Shown: positions 11,043 to 21,836, counted from the stretch's first letter. The stretch: 64,000 nt of DNA from Candidatus Nomurabacteria bacterium (GCA_963842815.1 CAWJHU010000003.1:27683-91682), one strand, 5' to 3'. The notes: generated from the letters alone by a model not told the origin. Translations and numbers: made by a program.

Positions 11043-12005
11043 TTATTCCTCCTCATCACCCGTCTCTCCAGATTGCAAAGCCTCAATAATTTCTTCTATA
11101 TAACCAGTCATTATCTTTGGCAGATTGTGCCAGGATTTTTTGATGCGATGGTCCGTCACGCGGTCTTGGGAAAAATTATAGGTGCGGATTTTTTCAGAGC
11201 GGTCACCGGTACCTATTTGGTCTTTGCGGGTCCCCGCATATTTTTTCGCTTCTTCTTCTTCTTTTAGTTGCTGGAGTTTGGCCGTTAAAATCATCAACGC
11301 TTTTTCTCGGTTGGCAAGTTGGCTTCGTTCATTGGTGGAACGCACATCAAGGCCTGTGGGTTTATGAATAAGCCGAACAGCAGTCTCCACTTTATTTACA
11401 TTTTGTCCGCCCTTTCCGCCAGAACGCGAATATTCCATTTCTATATCGGCAGGGTTAATTTCAAATAAAACTTTTTTGCGAATCGGAAGCACAGCCACCG
11501 ATGCCGTGGAAGTATGCACCCTGCCATTTTTTTCCGTCGCCGGGATTCTTTGCACCCTATGCACCCCCGTCTCATAACGCATTATTTTGTAAACATCTTT
11601 GCCTTTTATTTCAAAACTGGCTTCTTTGTAGCCACCCAGTTCACTTTTGGATTCATAATTTGTTTTCCATTGCCAACCTTTTAGCACAGAAAACAATTCA
11701 TACATATGCGCCAACTCCCAGGCAAAAAGCGAAGCCTCGTCGCCTCCGGCGCCTGCTCGTATTTCAAGCACTATTTCATTTGCCATTTCTTCTTCCTCTA
11801 TATCCTTATCTAAAATATCTTGAATTTGTTTTTCTGTGGTTTCCTTTTGCTCTTGAATGGATTTCAATTCTCCTTCCACCATTTCTTTCAAAGTAATATC
11901 TTTTGCCAGCATTTCCCTTACTTCTATTTCTTCTTTATTCAGGCGCTCTAAAACACCCGCCAGATAGCTTGTATTGTGATTTTTTTTAAGTTCGTCTAGA
12001 TTCAT
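11043..12005 (-). CDS. prfA: Peptide chain release factor 1
   Basis: GGQ motif ([16 protein letters not shown]) and the RF1-type PAT tripeptide ([20 protein letters not shown]). There is no SPF motif and no programmed frameshift. Confidence 0.85.
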   Translation of the reverse strand: MNLDELKKNHNTSYLAGVLERLNKEEIEVREMLAKDITLKEMVEGELKSIQEQKETTEKQIQDILDKDIEEEEMANEIVLEIRAGAGGDEASLFAWELAHMYELFSVLKGWQWKTNYESKSELGGYKEASFEIKGKDVYKIMRYETGVHRVQRIPATEKNGRVHTSTASVAVLPIRKKVLFEINPADIEMEYSRSGGKGGQNVNKVETAVRLIHKPTGLDVRSTNERSQLANREKALMILTAKLQQLKEEEEAKKYAGTRKDQIGTGDRSEKIRTYNFSQDRVTDHRIKKSWHNLPKIMTGYIEEIIEALQSGETGDEEE

Positions 12006-12109
12006 AAAATATAAAAAGTAAAGTTTTTAAGGGGTTTGGCGAGCGACGGCGAGCCAATTTCAGGATTTTTTAAGCTTCAAAAAATCCGTACCGGCAAAAA
12101 TTTTACTTT

Positions 12110-12343
12110 TTATTTTTTTACTTTTTTAATCTTCGCAGAAGCAGCTCGGCGCTTATTGAAGCGTTCTACACGTCCGGCCGTATCCATAACTTTTTCATTG
12201 CCGGTATAAAAAGGATGACATTGACTGCAAATTTCCATTTTGATTTCAGGCATCGTTGAACCCACCTCAAAAACAGCTCCGCAGGCGCAGGTGGCTTTGG
12301 TTTTAATATTATATTTTGGATGTATATCTTTTTTCATTACCAA
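12110..12343 (-). CDS. rpmE: 50S ribosomal protein L31
   Basis: [28 protein letters not shown]...[10 protein letters not shown]. Confidence 0.85.
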   Translation of the reverse strand: MVMKKDIHPKYNIKTKATCACGAVFEVGSTMPEIKMEICSQCHPFYTGNEKVMDTAGRVERFNKRRAASAKIKKVKK

Positions 12344-12360
12344 AAGAGATTATCACAATT

Positions 12361-13705
12361 TTAGCTTGAAAGCAAATCTATATTGCTCTGGATGGTAGAT
12401 TTTAATTTCTGAACACTTCGGCTGTAGGAACAGGAAGAACTCTTGGTGCCATAATAACTGCAGGCTGCTCTATTTTGCGCACTGGTACTGGTTCCCACAG
12501 CCCCAAGGTCCGTGAGATATAAACCGGAAGCCATAAAAGCATCCAAGGGAGACCATGGATTGGCATAATATCCTAAAATATTTTCCAAACGACTTTGAAA
12601 CATCTGCCAAGTGGAAGGAATAAATTGCGCTGGTCCCATGGCTCCGCCATAACCCCCTGCCCCGGCAATCGGGCAAGAAACAGCTGTTTGGTAAGCATTA
12701 AATTTTAAGTCATTGGTAATACTCAAAAATACAGGCACATCCCGGGTCGGATTCATAACATTTGAAAATATTGTCCCGGTATTTTTGCCGACTCCAGCTC
12801 CCGTATCCGGATTTTTCAAATAACATTGACCGACATTTGCTCCCAAGTTGCTTTCCTGGGTAAGGATGGCGAGCAGAAACGCAGGGTCAATACCTGTTTT
12901 ATTTTTTACTTCATTGGCATATTGAAGAGCCGTACCGAAATCAATTTTTTCCGATATGCCGGCAAGACTGAACAAAGCACTGCGAATTTTATCCGCCTGA
13001 GCTTTTTTTTGCGCCGCCAATTGCTGATAGGCAGCTTCTTTTTGTTTGGAAATGGCCAGCAGTTGCTTTTTGTCCGCTTCGGATTTAGCCACTTGTTTTT
13101 GCGCATTTTCCAATTCAGCCTTGGCGTCAGTTTCAGCGTTTTGTTGTTTTTCTAAATCGGTTTTGGCAGCTTCAGTTTGTACTTTTACTCCGTTAATAAT
13201 ATCAACGGAATCTTTTATGGCCTGCTGAATAGAATTATAGGATTCCAGATCGCTGTAAAAAGTTGAAATGCTGTCGTCCGAGAGAATTAAATTTATTATA
13301 TTTTCATTATCAAATTCATTGGTATTTCGAAGAAGCTGAGCCAGTGATTCATGTTCCCGGTCAATTTTTTGCAGAAAGCGATGTAATGGTATTCGCTTTA
13401 TCGGTAATATCCACTTTTAATTGAGCAATAACAAGCGCCCGAGCTTTTATTTTTACTTTCAGCGCATTAATTTGGCTATTTAAATAATCCACGTCGCCCT
13501 TCAAGGTTCCGGTCTGTTTTTTTTGTTCCGCCTGCTGATTTAATAAATCCGTCAGTTGCGCTTCTATTTGATTAAGCTGGTCCTGGCAATAGGCTTTATC
13601 CGTGACACTGGAAGATGTATTCAAACTCAAGACAGTCAAAATCAGCGCTTGCTTTAGGCGCTGAAAAAATCGGCATAAAAAATATGAAAACAAAAACCAT
13701 GGCAA
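12361..13705 (-). CDS. Secreted coiled-coil protein with C-terminal lytic transglycosylase (SLT-like) domain; one frameshift at an A-run near 13365-13375
   Basis: Signal-peptide-like N-terminus (ORF 13361-13705), then about 250 aa of coiled coil that is continuous in a second frame into ORF 12361-13113. The SLT motifs are AILTQESNLG and GPAQFIPSTW. Confidence 0.55.
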
Positions 13706-13797
13706 ATTTCTTAACCATAGTTCTTATTTTAACATATTTAAAATTTGTTTGCCCTTGGAGAAAATTATTTCTTTTCCCCGCCTGCAAAAGTTATGCT

Positions 13798-14483
13798 TTA
13801 AGCATTGCGGGCAGGTTCTTTCTTTTCTGCCGGGGCTTCGACAACAACTTCAGCTCCTTCTTCTTCTTTTTTGCCTTTCTTTTCAACTTCAATGGCAGAC
13901 AAATCAACTGGCGGCGCTATCACCTCTTCTTTTTCTTCAACCTGCAAAACTATGGAAGCCACGACTTCTTCGCCGCCGGTAATCATTGTAACTCCGGTTG
14001 GCAATTTTATATCGGAAACAAAAATCTGGCTTTCTACCGTTTCAAGCTTGGAAATATCAACTTCAAGATTGTGAGGAAGGTCTTTCGGTAAAGCTTCAAC
14101 TTCCACTTCGTGAAGTACTTTTACAAGATTCCCTAGGCCATTTTTAACCGCATTCGGAAATTCCGTCAAATTCAAGAGGCACATTAACTTTGATTTTCTT
14201 TATTCATATCAATCACCAAAAAATCCACGTGAATCGGCTCTTCGGTGACCGGATCAACTTGTACTTCGTGAATGAGAGCGTCAATATTATTATCGCCTAA
14301 AGCTATCTTAACGGTGGAAGATTCCCCCGCTTCCCGCCAGATTTTCTTAAATTCAGCGATTGAAATGGAAATAGAAGTAGTCGTTTTGCCGGCTCCGTAA
14401 AAAACAGCCGGGAATTTCTCCCCCTTTTCTTAAAGCATCTAAATTATACCCTCATTTCTCTTTTTAGCTTTGATTACAAACAT
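13798..14483 (-). pseudogene. rplY: 50S ribosomal protein L25 (Ctc-type), disrupted by two in-frame stops and two frameshifts
   Basis: Reverse translation gives MFVIKAKKRNEGII*MLL*EKGEKFPAVFYGAGKTTTSISI...HVDFLVIDMNKE, then a shift to IKVNVPLEF, then the C-terminal domain NAVKNGLGNLVKVLHEVEVEALPKDLP in ORF 13798-14184. Confidence 0.6.
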
Positions 14484-14519
14484 AAAGCAAAGTATATAGG
14501 AAAATTAAAAAATTGCAAA

Positions 14520-15374
14520 TTATTTTATTCCGTTAAAAAGTTTCAATCGCGCTTCCACCATTTTTTCGATGGCCTCCACAGCCGGCTGTAATATTTTATA
14601 AGGTGTAGTTTCGTTCGGGTTATCAGTCAAGGATTTTTTCAGTGCTTCATCATAGGCCAAACGAATTTCGGTGTTTATGTGAATTATGGAAATGCCCGCT
14701 TTTATGGCATTGGTAAAATCTTCATCCCGCAGTCCTGAACCGCCGTGAAGCACCAAAGGAATTCCGGTTGCTTTTCTAATTTCCGCCACCAATTCGCCAT
14801 CAATGTGCGGTTTCCCGCTTTTTATCAATCCGTGAATGCTTCCGACGGACGGCGCCAACATATTAATGCCTGTCATTTCCACAAATTTTTTCGCTTCTTC
14901 CGGTTTTGTTAAAATCCCCGCGCCCTCGGGAATAGTTTCTTTGATATTAGAACCGGAACCAATGTATCCCAACTCCGCTTCAACCAGCACATTTTTGCCG
15001 GAATTTTTTGCATAATCTACGCACTGCTTGGTTATTTTTACATTTTCCTCAAAATTTAATTCGGCCCCATCAAATATGACGGCATCAAAGCCGGCATCGA
15101 TGGATGCTTTGACTCTTTCAAAACTGTAATGATGGTCGGCATTCAAAAAAATAGGATAATTTTCTTTTTCTCTGATTTCTTTAATCATCCCGACAGCTTC
15201 ATTCCTGCCGACAAAATCTTCTTCTCCTTCGGAAAGGCCGATGATTACCGGAACATTAAGTTTTTTTGCCGCATTATAAATTCCGTGCAAAGCTTCCAAA
15301 TTGGAAATATTAAAATGTCCGATAGCTATTTTTTTTTCTTCCGCTTCTTTGATGTATTCGCGAAGAGTTTTCAT
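14520..15374 (-). CDS. fba: Class II fructose-bisphosphate aldolase
   Basis: FNISNLEALHGIYNAAKKLNVPVIIGLSEGE...DHHYSFERV...LHGGSG. Confidence 0.85.
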   Translation of the reverse strand: MKTLREYIKEAEEKKIAIGHFNISNLEALHGIYNAAKKLNVPVIIGLSEGEEDFVGRNEAVGMIKEIREKENYPIFLNADHHYSFERVKASIDAGFDAVIFDGAELNFEENVKITKQCVDYAKNSGKNVLVEAELGYIGSGSNIKETIPEGAGILTKPEEAKKFVEMTGINMLAPSVGSIHGLIKSGKPHIDGELVAEIRKATGIPLVLHGGSGLRDEDFTNAIKAGISIIHINTEIRLAYDEALKKSLTDNPNETTPYKILQPAVEAIEKMVEARLKLFNGIK

Positions 15375-15378
15375 GTTA

Positions 15379-16824
15379 TTATTTTAACAAATCTATTAAA
15401 ACTTGCTTAGCAACAGAAGGATTCGCTGAACCTTTCGTTTCTTTCATCATTTGCCCCACGAGAGACATAAGCGCTTGTTCCTTACCTCCTTTATAATCTG
15501 CTACTACTTTTGCATTTGCATCAATGATTTTTTGCGCGATTATTCTTAAGGTATTCCCGTCATTTTCTTGTAGTAACCCTTCTTCTGTTGCCAGTTTTAT
15601 TGGTAATATGTCATTATCAATAATCTTTACCAAAATATATTTTGCTGCATGAGAAGAAAGTTTACCTTCACTGTACATATCAATCAATTCAGCAAAATTT
15701 TCTACTTTAGGAATTCTTACCTCATGCCCGGGATACATTATTTTTATTCCCAAAAGATCATTGATTATAAAATTAGATGCAATTTTTATCTTTTCCTTGT
15801 TTTCTTTTAATGCTAGTACAAGTTTTTCAAATTTTTCAGAAAGTTTTTTATCATTGATATAGCTTTCTATGTCTTCGTCTTTGATTCCAAAATCTTTTTT
15901 ATATCTTGTGCGTTTTTCCGCGGGTAATTCCGGCAATTCTTTTTCCATTTTCTTCAAATCAAATGCTTCATGCAAATACATTTTCGGCAAATCCGGCTCA
16001 GGAAAATATCTGTAATCATGGCTGGATTCTTTTTTGCGCTGAGAAAATGTTTTTTGCTTCCCTTCATCCCAACCACGGGTTTCCTGCACTATTTCGTTTC
16101 CTTTTCCACTTTCTAAAAGTTCCGTCATTCTGTCTAATTCAAATTTAATCGCCTTTTCCACGCTTTTAAATGAATTTAAATTTTTTACTTCCACTTTTGT
16201 TCCCAATTTATTTTTATCTTCCGAAACCGAAATATTCGCCTCCACCCGCATTTCACCTTTTTCCATATTCGCATCTGATACTCCTAGGTACCCAGGCATT
16301 AGTACTAACTGAAGTTCTTTGGCAAAATTGGAAGTTGTTTTAGCGGCAGTTTCCGCATCATTAAAAGTATGAGGTTCTGTCACAAGTTCCATCAACGGCA
16401 CGCCGGCGCGGTTGAAATCAACAAGAGAAAAGTCTCCTCGGTCATGTTTATTATTCGCTGTATCTTCTTCCAAATGTACTCGGGTAACGTCAAAATCCGC
16501 CAATTTCCCCCCAGAAACTATTGGATATTTAAATTGCGAAATCTGAAAACCTTTTGGAATGTCTGGGTAAAAATAATTCTTGCGGTCAAATTCAGTAAAA
16601 TTGGCAATTTTCCCGCCAATAGCCAGCCCAACTTTTATCACATTTTCTACCGCTTTTTTATTGATTACCGGCAAAGTCCCCGGATGAGCCATACAGACGG
16701 GGCAAATGTTTACATTGGGTTTTTCTTCATCAGGGTCGTTCTTGCAATCGCAAAACATTTTTGTCTGCGTTTTCAATTCCGCATGCACTTCCAAGCCAAT
16801 TGTCGGGTAATATTTATTTACCAT
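15379..16824 (-). CDS. gatB: Asp-tRNA(Asn)/Glu-tRNA(Gln) amidotransferase subunit B
   Basis: IGLEVHAELKTQTKMFCDC...CPVCMAHPGTLPV; C-terminal YqeY-like domain; 481 aa. Confidence 0.9.
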   Translation of the reverse strand: MVNKYYPTIGLEVHAELKTQTKMFCDCKNDPDEEKPNVNICPVCMAHPGTLPVINKKAVENVIKVGLAIGGKIANFTEFDRKNYFYPDIPKGFQISQFKYPIVSGGKLADFDVTRVHLEEDTANNKHDRGDFSLVDFNRAGVPLMELVTEPHTFNDAETAAKTTSNFAKELQLVLMPGYLGVSDANMEKGEMRVEANISVSEDKNKLGTKVEVKNLNSFKSVEKAIKFELDRMTELLESGKGNEIVQETRGWDEGKQKTFSQRKKESSHDYRYFPEPDLPKMYLHEAFDLKKMEKELPELPAEKRTRYKKDFGIKDEDIESYINDKKLSEKFEKLVLALKENKEKIKIASNFIINDLLGIKIMYPGHEVRIPKVENFAELIDMYSEGKLSSHAAKYILVKIIDNDILPIKLATEEGLLQENDGNTLRIIAQKIIDANAKVVADYKGGKEQALMSLVGQMMKETKGSANPSVAKQVLIDLLK

Positions 16825-16831
16825 GTTTTAA

Positions 16832-17845
16832 TTATACCTTTTTCTTCAATATTTTCATCAACTCGTCTTTGAATTTTTTTACCGCTTTGTCGTCATACAA
16901 AGAAAGCACGAAAACTCTCTCGCCAAGTTTTTCAAATTCCTTTTTCTTTTTATTTATGATTTTTGGGTCTTCTATAGTATCGGATTTGGTAAGAATAATA
17001 ATTTCGTCTTTTTTTGATAATCCTTCTTCTCCTAGATTTAAATTCTTATCGTATTTTTCCAATTCTTTGCGGATTTCTTTATAAACTTTCATCATACCTG
17101 TCGTCCCCTTTGATAAATTTTCAAATGATACTAAGTGCGCAATCATTTTGGTGCGTTTAATATGTCTTAAAAATTTTACTCCTAGCCCTTTTCCTGTATT
17201 TGCTCCTTCAATCAATCCCGGGATGTCGGCAATGGTGTAGCCATAAAAATCTCCTAAGTTAGGATCTAAAGTAGTAAATTCATAATCTCCCACTTTCGCA
17301 TCTGCATTCGTTAGGGCGTTGAGTAATGACGATTTACCAGCATTTGGCAACCCAACTAGCCCAATATCGGCAAAAAGTTCCAATTCTATATGAAAATTGC
17401 CATGTTCTCCATCCACTCCTGGCCGCCATTCTTTCGGAGTTGTGTTTGTAGAACTTTTAAAATGTTCATTGCCGAATCCGCCATATCCGCCCCTTAAAAG
17501 CAAAACTTTTTGTCCTTCTTCCAACAGTTGCCATTGCTCGTCCGTATCAAGATTGGTAATGATGGTGCCCATGGGTAATTCTAAAACAAAATCATCTCCT
17601 TTTTTACCGTGCAAACTTTTTTTCCCGCCATCTTCGCCTCTTTCCGCTCTAAAACTTTTTTTGGCTTTATATTTTGAAAGTATATGTACATCCCGAACAG
17701 CTTGCGCATAAAAATCCCCACCACGTCCACCGTCGCCTCCCGCCGGTCCGCCCTTGGGCACAAATTTTTCCTGACGCCATCTGACTACACCGTCTCCACC
17801 GCGTCCCGCTTCCGCATATATTTTGATTTCATCAATGAATGCCAT
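16832..17845 (-). CDS. obg: GTPase Obg
   Basis: Obg fold N-terminus (GGDGGRGGD) with G-domain motifs GLPNAGKSSL and DIPG. Confidence 0.9.
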   Translation of the reverse strand: MAFIDEIKIYAEAGRGGDGVVRWRQEKFVPKGGPAGGDGGRGGDFYAQAVRDVHILSKYKAKKSFRAERGEDGGKKSLHGKKGDDFVLELPMGTIITNLDTDEQWQLLEEGQKVLLLRGGYGGFGNEHFKSSTNTTPKEWRPGVDGEHGNFHIELELFADIGLVGLPNAGKSSLLNALTNADAKVGDYEFTTLDPNLGDFYGYTIADIPGLIEGANTGKGLGVKFLRHIKRTKMIAHLVSFENLSKGTTGMMKVYKEIRKELEKYDKNLNLGEEGLSKKDEIIILTKSDTIEDPKIINKKKKEFEKLGERVFVLSLYDDKAVKKFKDELMKILKKKV

Positions 17846-17846
17846 A

Positions 17847-18791
17847 TTATTTAAGCGCCAATTCCGCTAATTTTATCGCCCCCTCCTTGCTTTTAGCCAC
17901 TGCCATAAAAAGCGCTCTATGGCAAAATACGGCATCTTCTACTCCTGAAATTTTTTGCAATTCCTCATCCTGTAAGCTTGCCCAGTTTGCTGGAAAATTT
18001 TTTCTGTTTTTAAAAGTTTTAGGATTTTCTCTCACTGCTTTTACTCCCCAAAAATCATCACTTGTTCTGGGATAAATTGCAAAAAGAGGTTCCGGGAAGT
18101 TATTCAAAATATCTTCATAGGGGTAATTTTGATCCAAAACAATTATTCTTTTATCTGTGGTATTTTGATAGATTGATATTATTTTTTCTTCAGCAAGGAT
18201 AGCATCTTTCGCTTGGGTAATCTCTCTGGATAAGATTTCCTTTGCAATCTCTACGGATTTAAAAAACATTTCATCAATACTCAGATTCTTTTCTTTCCAA
18301 GTTGGACGCATGGCCAACAAAAAATGTTGAATAAAATAAGGAGAAACATCATATTTATTTTCCACTAAATCAAAACCATTGTCATAGGCGTCAATGGGAG
18401 CAACAAGACGTTTGTCTATTAGATTTGCTGCTTTTTCTCCCCCCGCCAATCCCAAACCAAATTTTCTCCAAACCAAACCAAAAGATGAATAAAAAAAACC
18501 TTCCGGCCTCTTTTCTTTAAAATCTGTTTGATGATGGTCAAATCTGTTTGTTTTTTCATCATAAATTCCACCAACATCAAAAACATAGTCCGCCTTATTG
18601 ATAAACTCGGAATCGCGGGTGCGGATTATTTCAAAACTTTCTCCTTTTTCCTCTAGCATTAAAGAAAGCGTGGCCGTAGCGAAAACATCGTCTGCGTGAA
18701 AAGACCCATCGTGAGTAATTAATTTTTTATTATTTATTTCCATTTTCGCTTCCATTATTATTGATATTTCCGCCATTTTTAAAATATTCAA
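17847..18791 (-). CDS. MYG1/UPF0160-family metal-dependent hydrolase
   Basis: THDGSFHADDVFA and DHHQTD motifs. Confidence 0.7.
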   Translation of the reverse strand: MNILKMAEISIIMEAKMEINNKKLITHDGSFHADDVFATATLSLMLEEKGESFEIIRTRDSEFINKADYVFDVGGIYDEKTNRFDHHQTDFKEKRPEGFFYSSFGLVWRKFGLGLAGGEKAANLIDKRLVAPIDAYDNGFDLVENKYDVSPYFIQHFLLAMRPTWKEKNLSIDEMFFKSVEIAKEILSREITQAKDAILAEEKIISIYQNTTDKRIIVLDQNYPYEDILNNFPEPLFAIYPRTSDDFWGVKAVRENPKTFKNRKNFPANWASLQDEELQKISGVEDAVFCHRALFMAVAKSKEGAIKLAELALK

Positions 18792-19368
18792 AAACTCTAT
18801 AGAAAAAAGCGACTAATTTATCAAAAAGCAGAAAGATTATCAAAAGAATGAACACGGCCAGAGAAAATCTGTTTATTTCCTTGCTATAGGAAAGAGCTGT
18901 TTGGCTGAAAAAATATCCCAAACACAAAAGAGCCGGCGCCCAAATTATAGTGGACAACGCTTCCGCTTTCAAAAAAGTTTTAAAACGTATTTTGTTATAT
19001 CCGGATAAAATAATGACCCAGAAGTTCGTTCCCACAATAAATTTTGAAACAAAAATAGACCAAAATGGCGTTTGCCTGAATCTAGGCAAAAAGTAAAACA
19101 CTCTTTTTTCCAAATATTTGAGAACAGCGAGTTTATTATATTTTCTATTTATAAGTTCACCTAAATAATACACACCAAAAGTTTTCATCGTGCCACCGGC
19201 CAAAATAAAAAAGAGCGCTCCCCAAAAATCAAGGGCTCCCAAATAAGACAAAACACCCGCAGTGATGACCACTACTTCTCCCTCAAAAATAAGTCCTAAA
19301 AAAATCAACAGGTACGCCAATACTTGATGATTCTGCACTAGATGATTTAAAATTTGTACCGTATGCAT
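18730..19368 (-). CDS. DedA/SNARE-associated family membrane protein (start may be at a downstream Met)
   Basis: Polytopic, with the GEVVVITAGVL pattern typical of DedA. Confidence 0.4.
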   Translation of the reverse strand: MHTVQILNHLVQNHQVLAYLLIFLGLIFEGEVVVITAGVLSYLGALDFWGALFFILAGGTMKTFGVYYLGELINRKYNKLAVLKYLEKRVFYFLPRFRQTPFWSIFVSKFIVGTNFWVIILSGYNKIRFKTFLKAEALSTIIWAPALLCLGYFFSQTALSYSKEINRFSLAVFILLIIFLLFDKLVAFFYRVFEYFKNGGNINNNGSENGNK

Positions 19369-19371
19369 ATA

Positions 19372-19827
19372 TTAAAAAAGGCTGTCTACCACTTCTTTCA
19401 CTATTCCCCCGTCCGCTTTGCCCTTTAGGTCTTTCATTAAAGCCTGCATCAGCATTCCCTTTTTTGTCGGGTCGCTAATGCCCAATTCTTCTTTTTTGCT
19501 TTTGGCTATTTTTTCAATCTCACTTTTCTCCATTAATTTCGGCAAATAGGTTTCCAAAATAGCCAATTGCGCTTCTTCTTCTTTCACTAAATCCTGCCGA
19601 TTGCCTTTTTTAAATTGCTCTATGGAATCTTTTCTTTGTCTAGACAAACGCGTTATTACTGCAATTGTTTCCTCGTCCGAAAGCATTTCGTTCGGTTTCC
19701 TGCCTTTTGCCACAAGTTCATTGGTAAAACCGGCCACCATGGAACGCAAGGTTTCAAGCAAAACGATATCTTTCGCCAGCATGGCGTCTTTTATTTTGTT
19801 TTTTATTTGTTCGTGCAACATGCGCAT
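19372..19827 (-). CDS. GatB/YqeY domain protein
   Basis: 151 aa with conserved YqeY-family residue pattern across the whole length. Confidence 0.75.
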   Translation of the reverse strand: MRMLHEQIKNKIKDAMLAKDIVLLETLRSMVAGFTNELVAKGRKPNEMLSDEETIAVITRLSRQRKDSIEQFKKGNRQDLVKEEEAQLAILETYLPKLMEKSEIEKIAKSKKEELGISDPTKKGMLMQALMKDLKGKADGGIVKEVVDSLF

Positions 19828-19856
19828 ATTATATCAAATTGTGATAAAATAGTGAA

Positions 19857-20429
19857 ATGAGTAAATTAGTATTTTTTGATTTGGAAACAGCTGGATTGAA
19901 TCCAAGCGAAAACGGTATCCATCAAATATCCGGCTGTATTGAAATTAATGGAGAAGAAAAGGAATGCTTCGACTTCAAAGTCGCTCCGAATCCAAAACTG
20001 GCTATTTCCGATGAAGCTCTTAAAATTTCAGGCAAAACTAGAGAAGAAGTACTGGCTTATCCGCCAATGGAAAAAATTTACAAGCAATTTATCGATTTGC
20101 TTGAAAAATACGTGGATAAATACGATAAAAAAGATAAATTCTTCCTGGTCGGCTACAACAACTCTTCTTTTGACAATCAATTTTTGCGAAATTGGTTCAT
20201 TCAAAACAACGATAAATATTTTGGGTCCTGGTTTTGGCCAAATACTTTGGATGTATATGTGCTCGCAACCCAAAAATTACTGGATAAACGAAAAGATATG
20301 TCTGATTTTAAACTGCCTACTGTATGCACCCAAGTCGGGATTTCAGTGGAAGAATCAAGGTTACATGACGCAATCTATGACATAGAACTTACCAGAAAAC
20401 TTTATCAAATTATAATTTCCGAGTATTAA
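19857..20429 (+). CDS. DEDD-family 3'-5' exonuclease (DnaQ-like)
   Basis: FFDLETAGL Exo I motif, YNNSSFDNQFL Exo II, and HDAIYD Exo III. Confidence 0.7.
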   Translation: MSKLVFFDLETAGLNPSENGIHQISGCIEINGEEKECFDFKVAPNPKLAISDEALKISGKTREEVLAYPPMEKIYKQFIDLLEKYVDKYDKKDKFFLVGYNNSSFDNQFLRNWFIQNNDKYFGSWFWPNTLDVYVLATQKLLDKRKDMSDFKLPTVCTQVGISVEESRLHDAIYDIELTRKLYQIIISEY

Positions 20430-20431
20430 AT

Positions 20432-21478
20432 ATGGAAAACATTTTATGGATTGCCATAGGAATCTTGGTTGGAGGCATTGTTGTTTATTTTTTGTTTGGA
20501 AAAAAGAAAGAAAATAATGATAAAAATGATACTGGATTAAATCTCATTCTAACCCAAATAAACGAACTCTCACGTACCGTAGATAGTAAAATCGGCGAAT
20601 CACATAAACAAATGAATGAGAGTCTGAAATTCCATTCTTCCGAATCAAATAAAATAATCCGGGATGTGACGGAAAAACTGACCAGACTGGACGAGACCAA
20701 CAAACAAGTCATCTCTTTTGCCGACCAACTGCAAAGCTTGGAAAATATTTTGAAAAATCCTAAACAGCGCGGAATCCTAGGAGAATATTATTTGGAAACA
20801 GTTTTGAAAAATGTTCTCCCGCCCGGAAGCTTTCAGATGCAATATCCTTTTCCCGACGGCACCATTGTGGACGCCGTAGTGTTTGTAAAAGATAAAATTA
20901 TTCCGGTGGATTCAAAGTTTTCCCTTGAAAATTACAATAAGATGGCGGAAGAAAATAACGAAGCCGAGAAGAAAAAACTGGAAACTATTTTTGTAAATGA
21001 TTTGAAAAATAGAATTACCGAAACGGCCAAATACATCCAGCCTTCCAAAGGCACGACGGATTTTGCTTTTATGTTTATTCCCCATGAAGCCATTTACTAC
21101 GACCTTTTAACCAACAAGGTGGGAGCGGGAGAAGAAAATGAAAATTTAATTCAACGAGCTGCCGGAAAATACAAAGTCATCATCACAAGTCCTACTTCTT
21201 TTCTTGCTTATCTGCAAACTGTTTTGCAGGGATTGAAGGCTCTTAAAATAGAAGAGTCCGCCAAAGAAATAATAAAAAAAGTGGAAGATTTGGGAAAGCA
21301 TTTAAAATCTTTTGATGAATATCATTTGAAACTTGGCAATGCGCTGAAAACTGTTGTAAACCATTATGACGCTTCCGGCAAAGAATTAAAAAAAATAGAC
21401 AAAGATGTGCTTCGCATAGCCGGTACTTCGCCGGAACTTTCTACTCTTTCCCTGGAAAAACCCAAGCTCGAAGAATAA
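20432..21478 (+). CDS. rmuC: DNA recombination protein RmuC
   Basis: N-terminal TM and coiled coil, with the conserved C-terminal nuclease-like region DFAFMFIPHEAIYYDLL. Confidence 0.8.
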   Translation: MENILWIAIGILVGGIVVYFLFGKKKENNDKNDTGLNLILTQINELSRTVDSKIGESHKQMNESLKFHSSESNKIIRDVTEKLTRLDETNKQVISFADQLQSLENILKNPKQRGILGEYYLETVLKNVLPPGSFQMQYPFPDGTIVDAVVFVKDKIIPVDSKFSLENYNKMAEENNEAEKKKLETIFVNDLKNRITETAKYIQPSKGTTDFAFMFIPHEAIYYDLLTNKVGAGEENENLIQRAAGKYKVIITSPTSFLAYLQTVLQGLKALKIEESAKEIIKKVEDLGKHLKSFDEYHLKLGNALKTVVNHYDASGKELKKIDKDVLRIAGTSPELSTLSLEKPKLEE

Positions 21479-21498
21479 AGAGTTTTTCCACAGTTTTG

Positions 21499-21526
21499 TT
21501 GACAATTTTATACAATAGTATATAAT
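21499..21526 (+). promoter_or_regulatory. Perfect-consensus sigma70 promoter TTGACA-N16-TATAAT
   Basis: TTGACA at 21499-21504 and TATAAT at 21521-21526. Confidence 0.6.
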
Positions 21527-21581
21527 ATTGACGAATTCACGATTCTTTGTTGCTGTATTTTTTTTACAAGGAGGAGTTTTT

Positions 21582-21776
21582 ATGAAGCCTGTGAGAAACA
21601 CACCAAACCAACATTGTGGAATTAATCAATCCTTTCGAAATCAGAAAGAGGGTAAAACAAAACCAGATGTTGATACTATTCCTCTTGGTGTAAAAGGAAG
21701 AAAAAGGGCATTACAAATTCTCAAAAATTTTTCTCTTCGCAGTGGTCATCATAACGACCACTTATCATTTAATTAA
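21582..21776 (+). CDS. Hypothetical basic 64-aa protein
   Basis: The ATG at 21582 lies 6 nt after AAGGAGGAG. Sequence MKPVRNTPNQHCGINQSFRNQKEGKTKPDVDTIPLGVKGRKRALQ...; a terminator follows. Confidence 0.4.
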   Translation: MKPVRNTPNQHCGINQSFRNQKEGKTKPDVDTIPLGVKGRKRALQILKNFSLRSGHHNDHLSFN

Positions 21777-21800
21777 AAATCAATTTTATTTTAAAGAAAA

Positions 21801-21836
21801 ACGCATCCCAAAAATCGGTTTGCGTTTTTTCATTTT
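21801..21836 (+). terminator. Rho-independent terminator
   Basis: AAACGCATCCCAAAAATCGGTTTGCGTTTTTT. Confidence 0.55.

Noticed and set aside
11043-12005. Programmed +1 frameshift release factor 2 (prfB)
   Set aside because: The protein has the RF1-type PAT motif, not SPF, and is a single uninterrupted ORF, so it is prfA.
13798-14483. Stop-codon reassignment (TAG/TAA read as an amino acid) explaining the in-frame stops in rplY
   Set aside because: TAG, TAA and TGA all terminate well-conserved neighbouring genes at the expected positions (for example atpD ends with TAG and valS with TGA), so the standard code applies.
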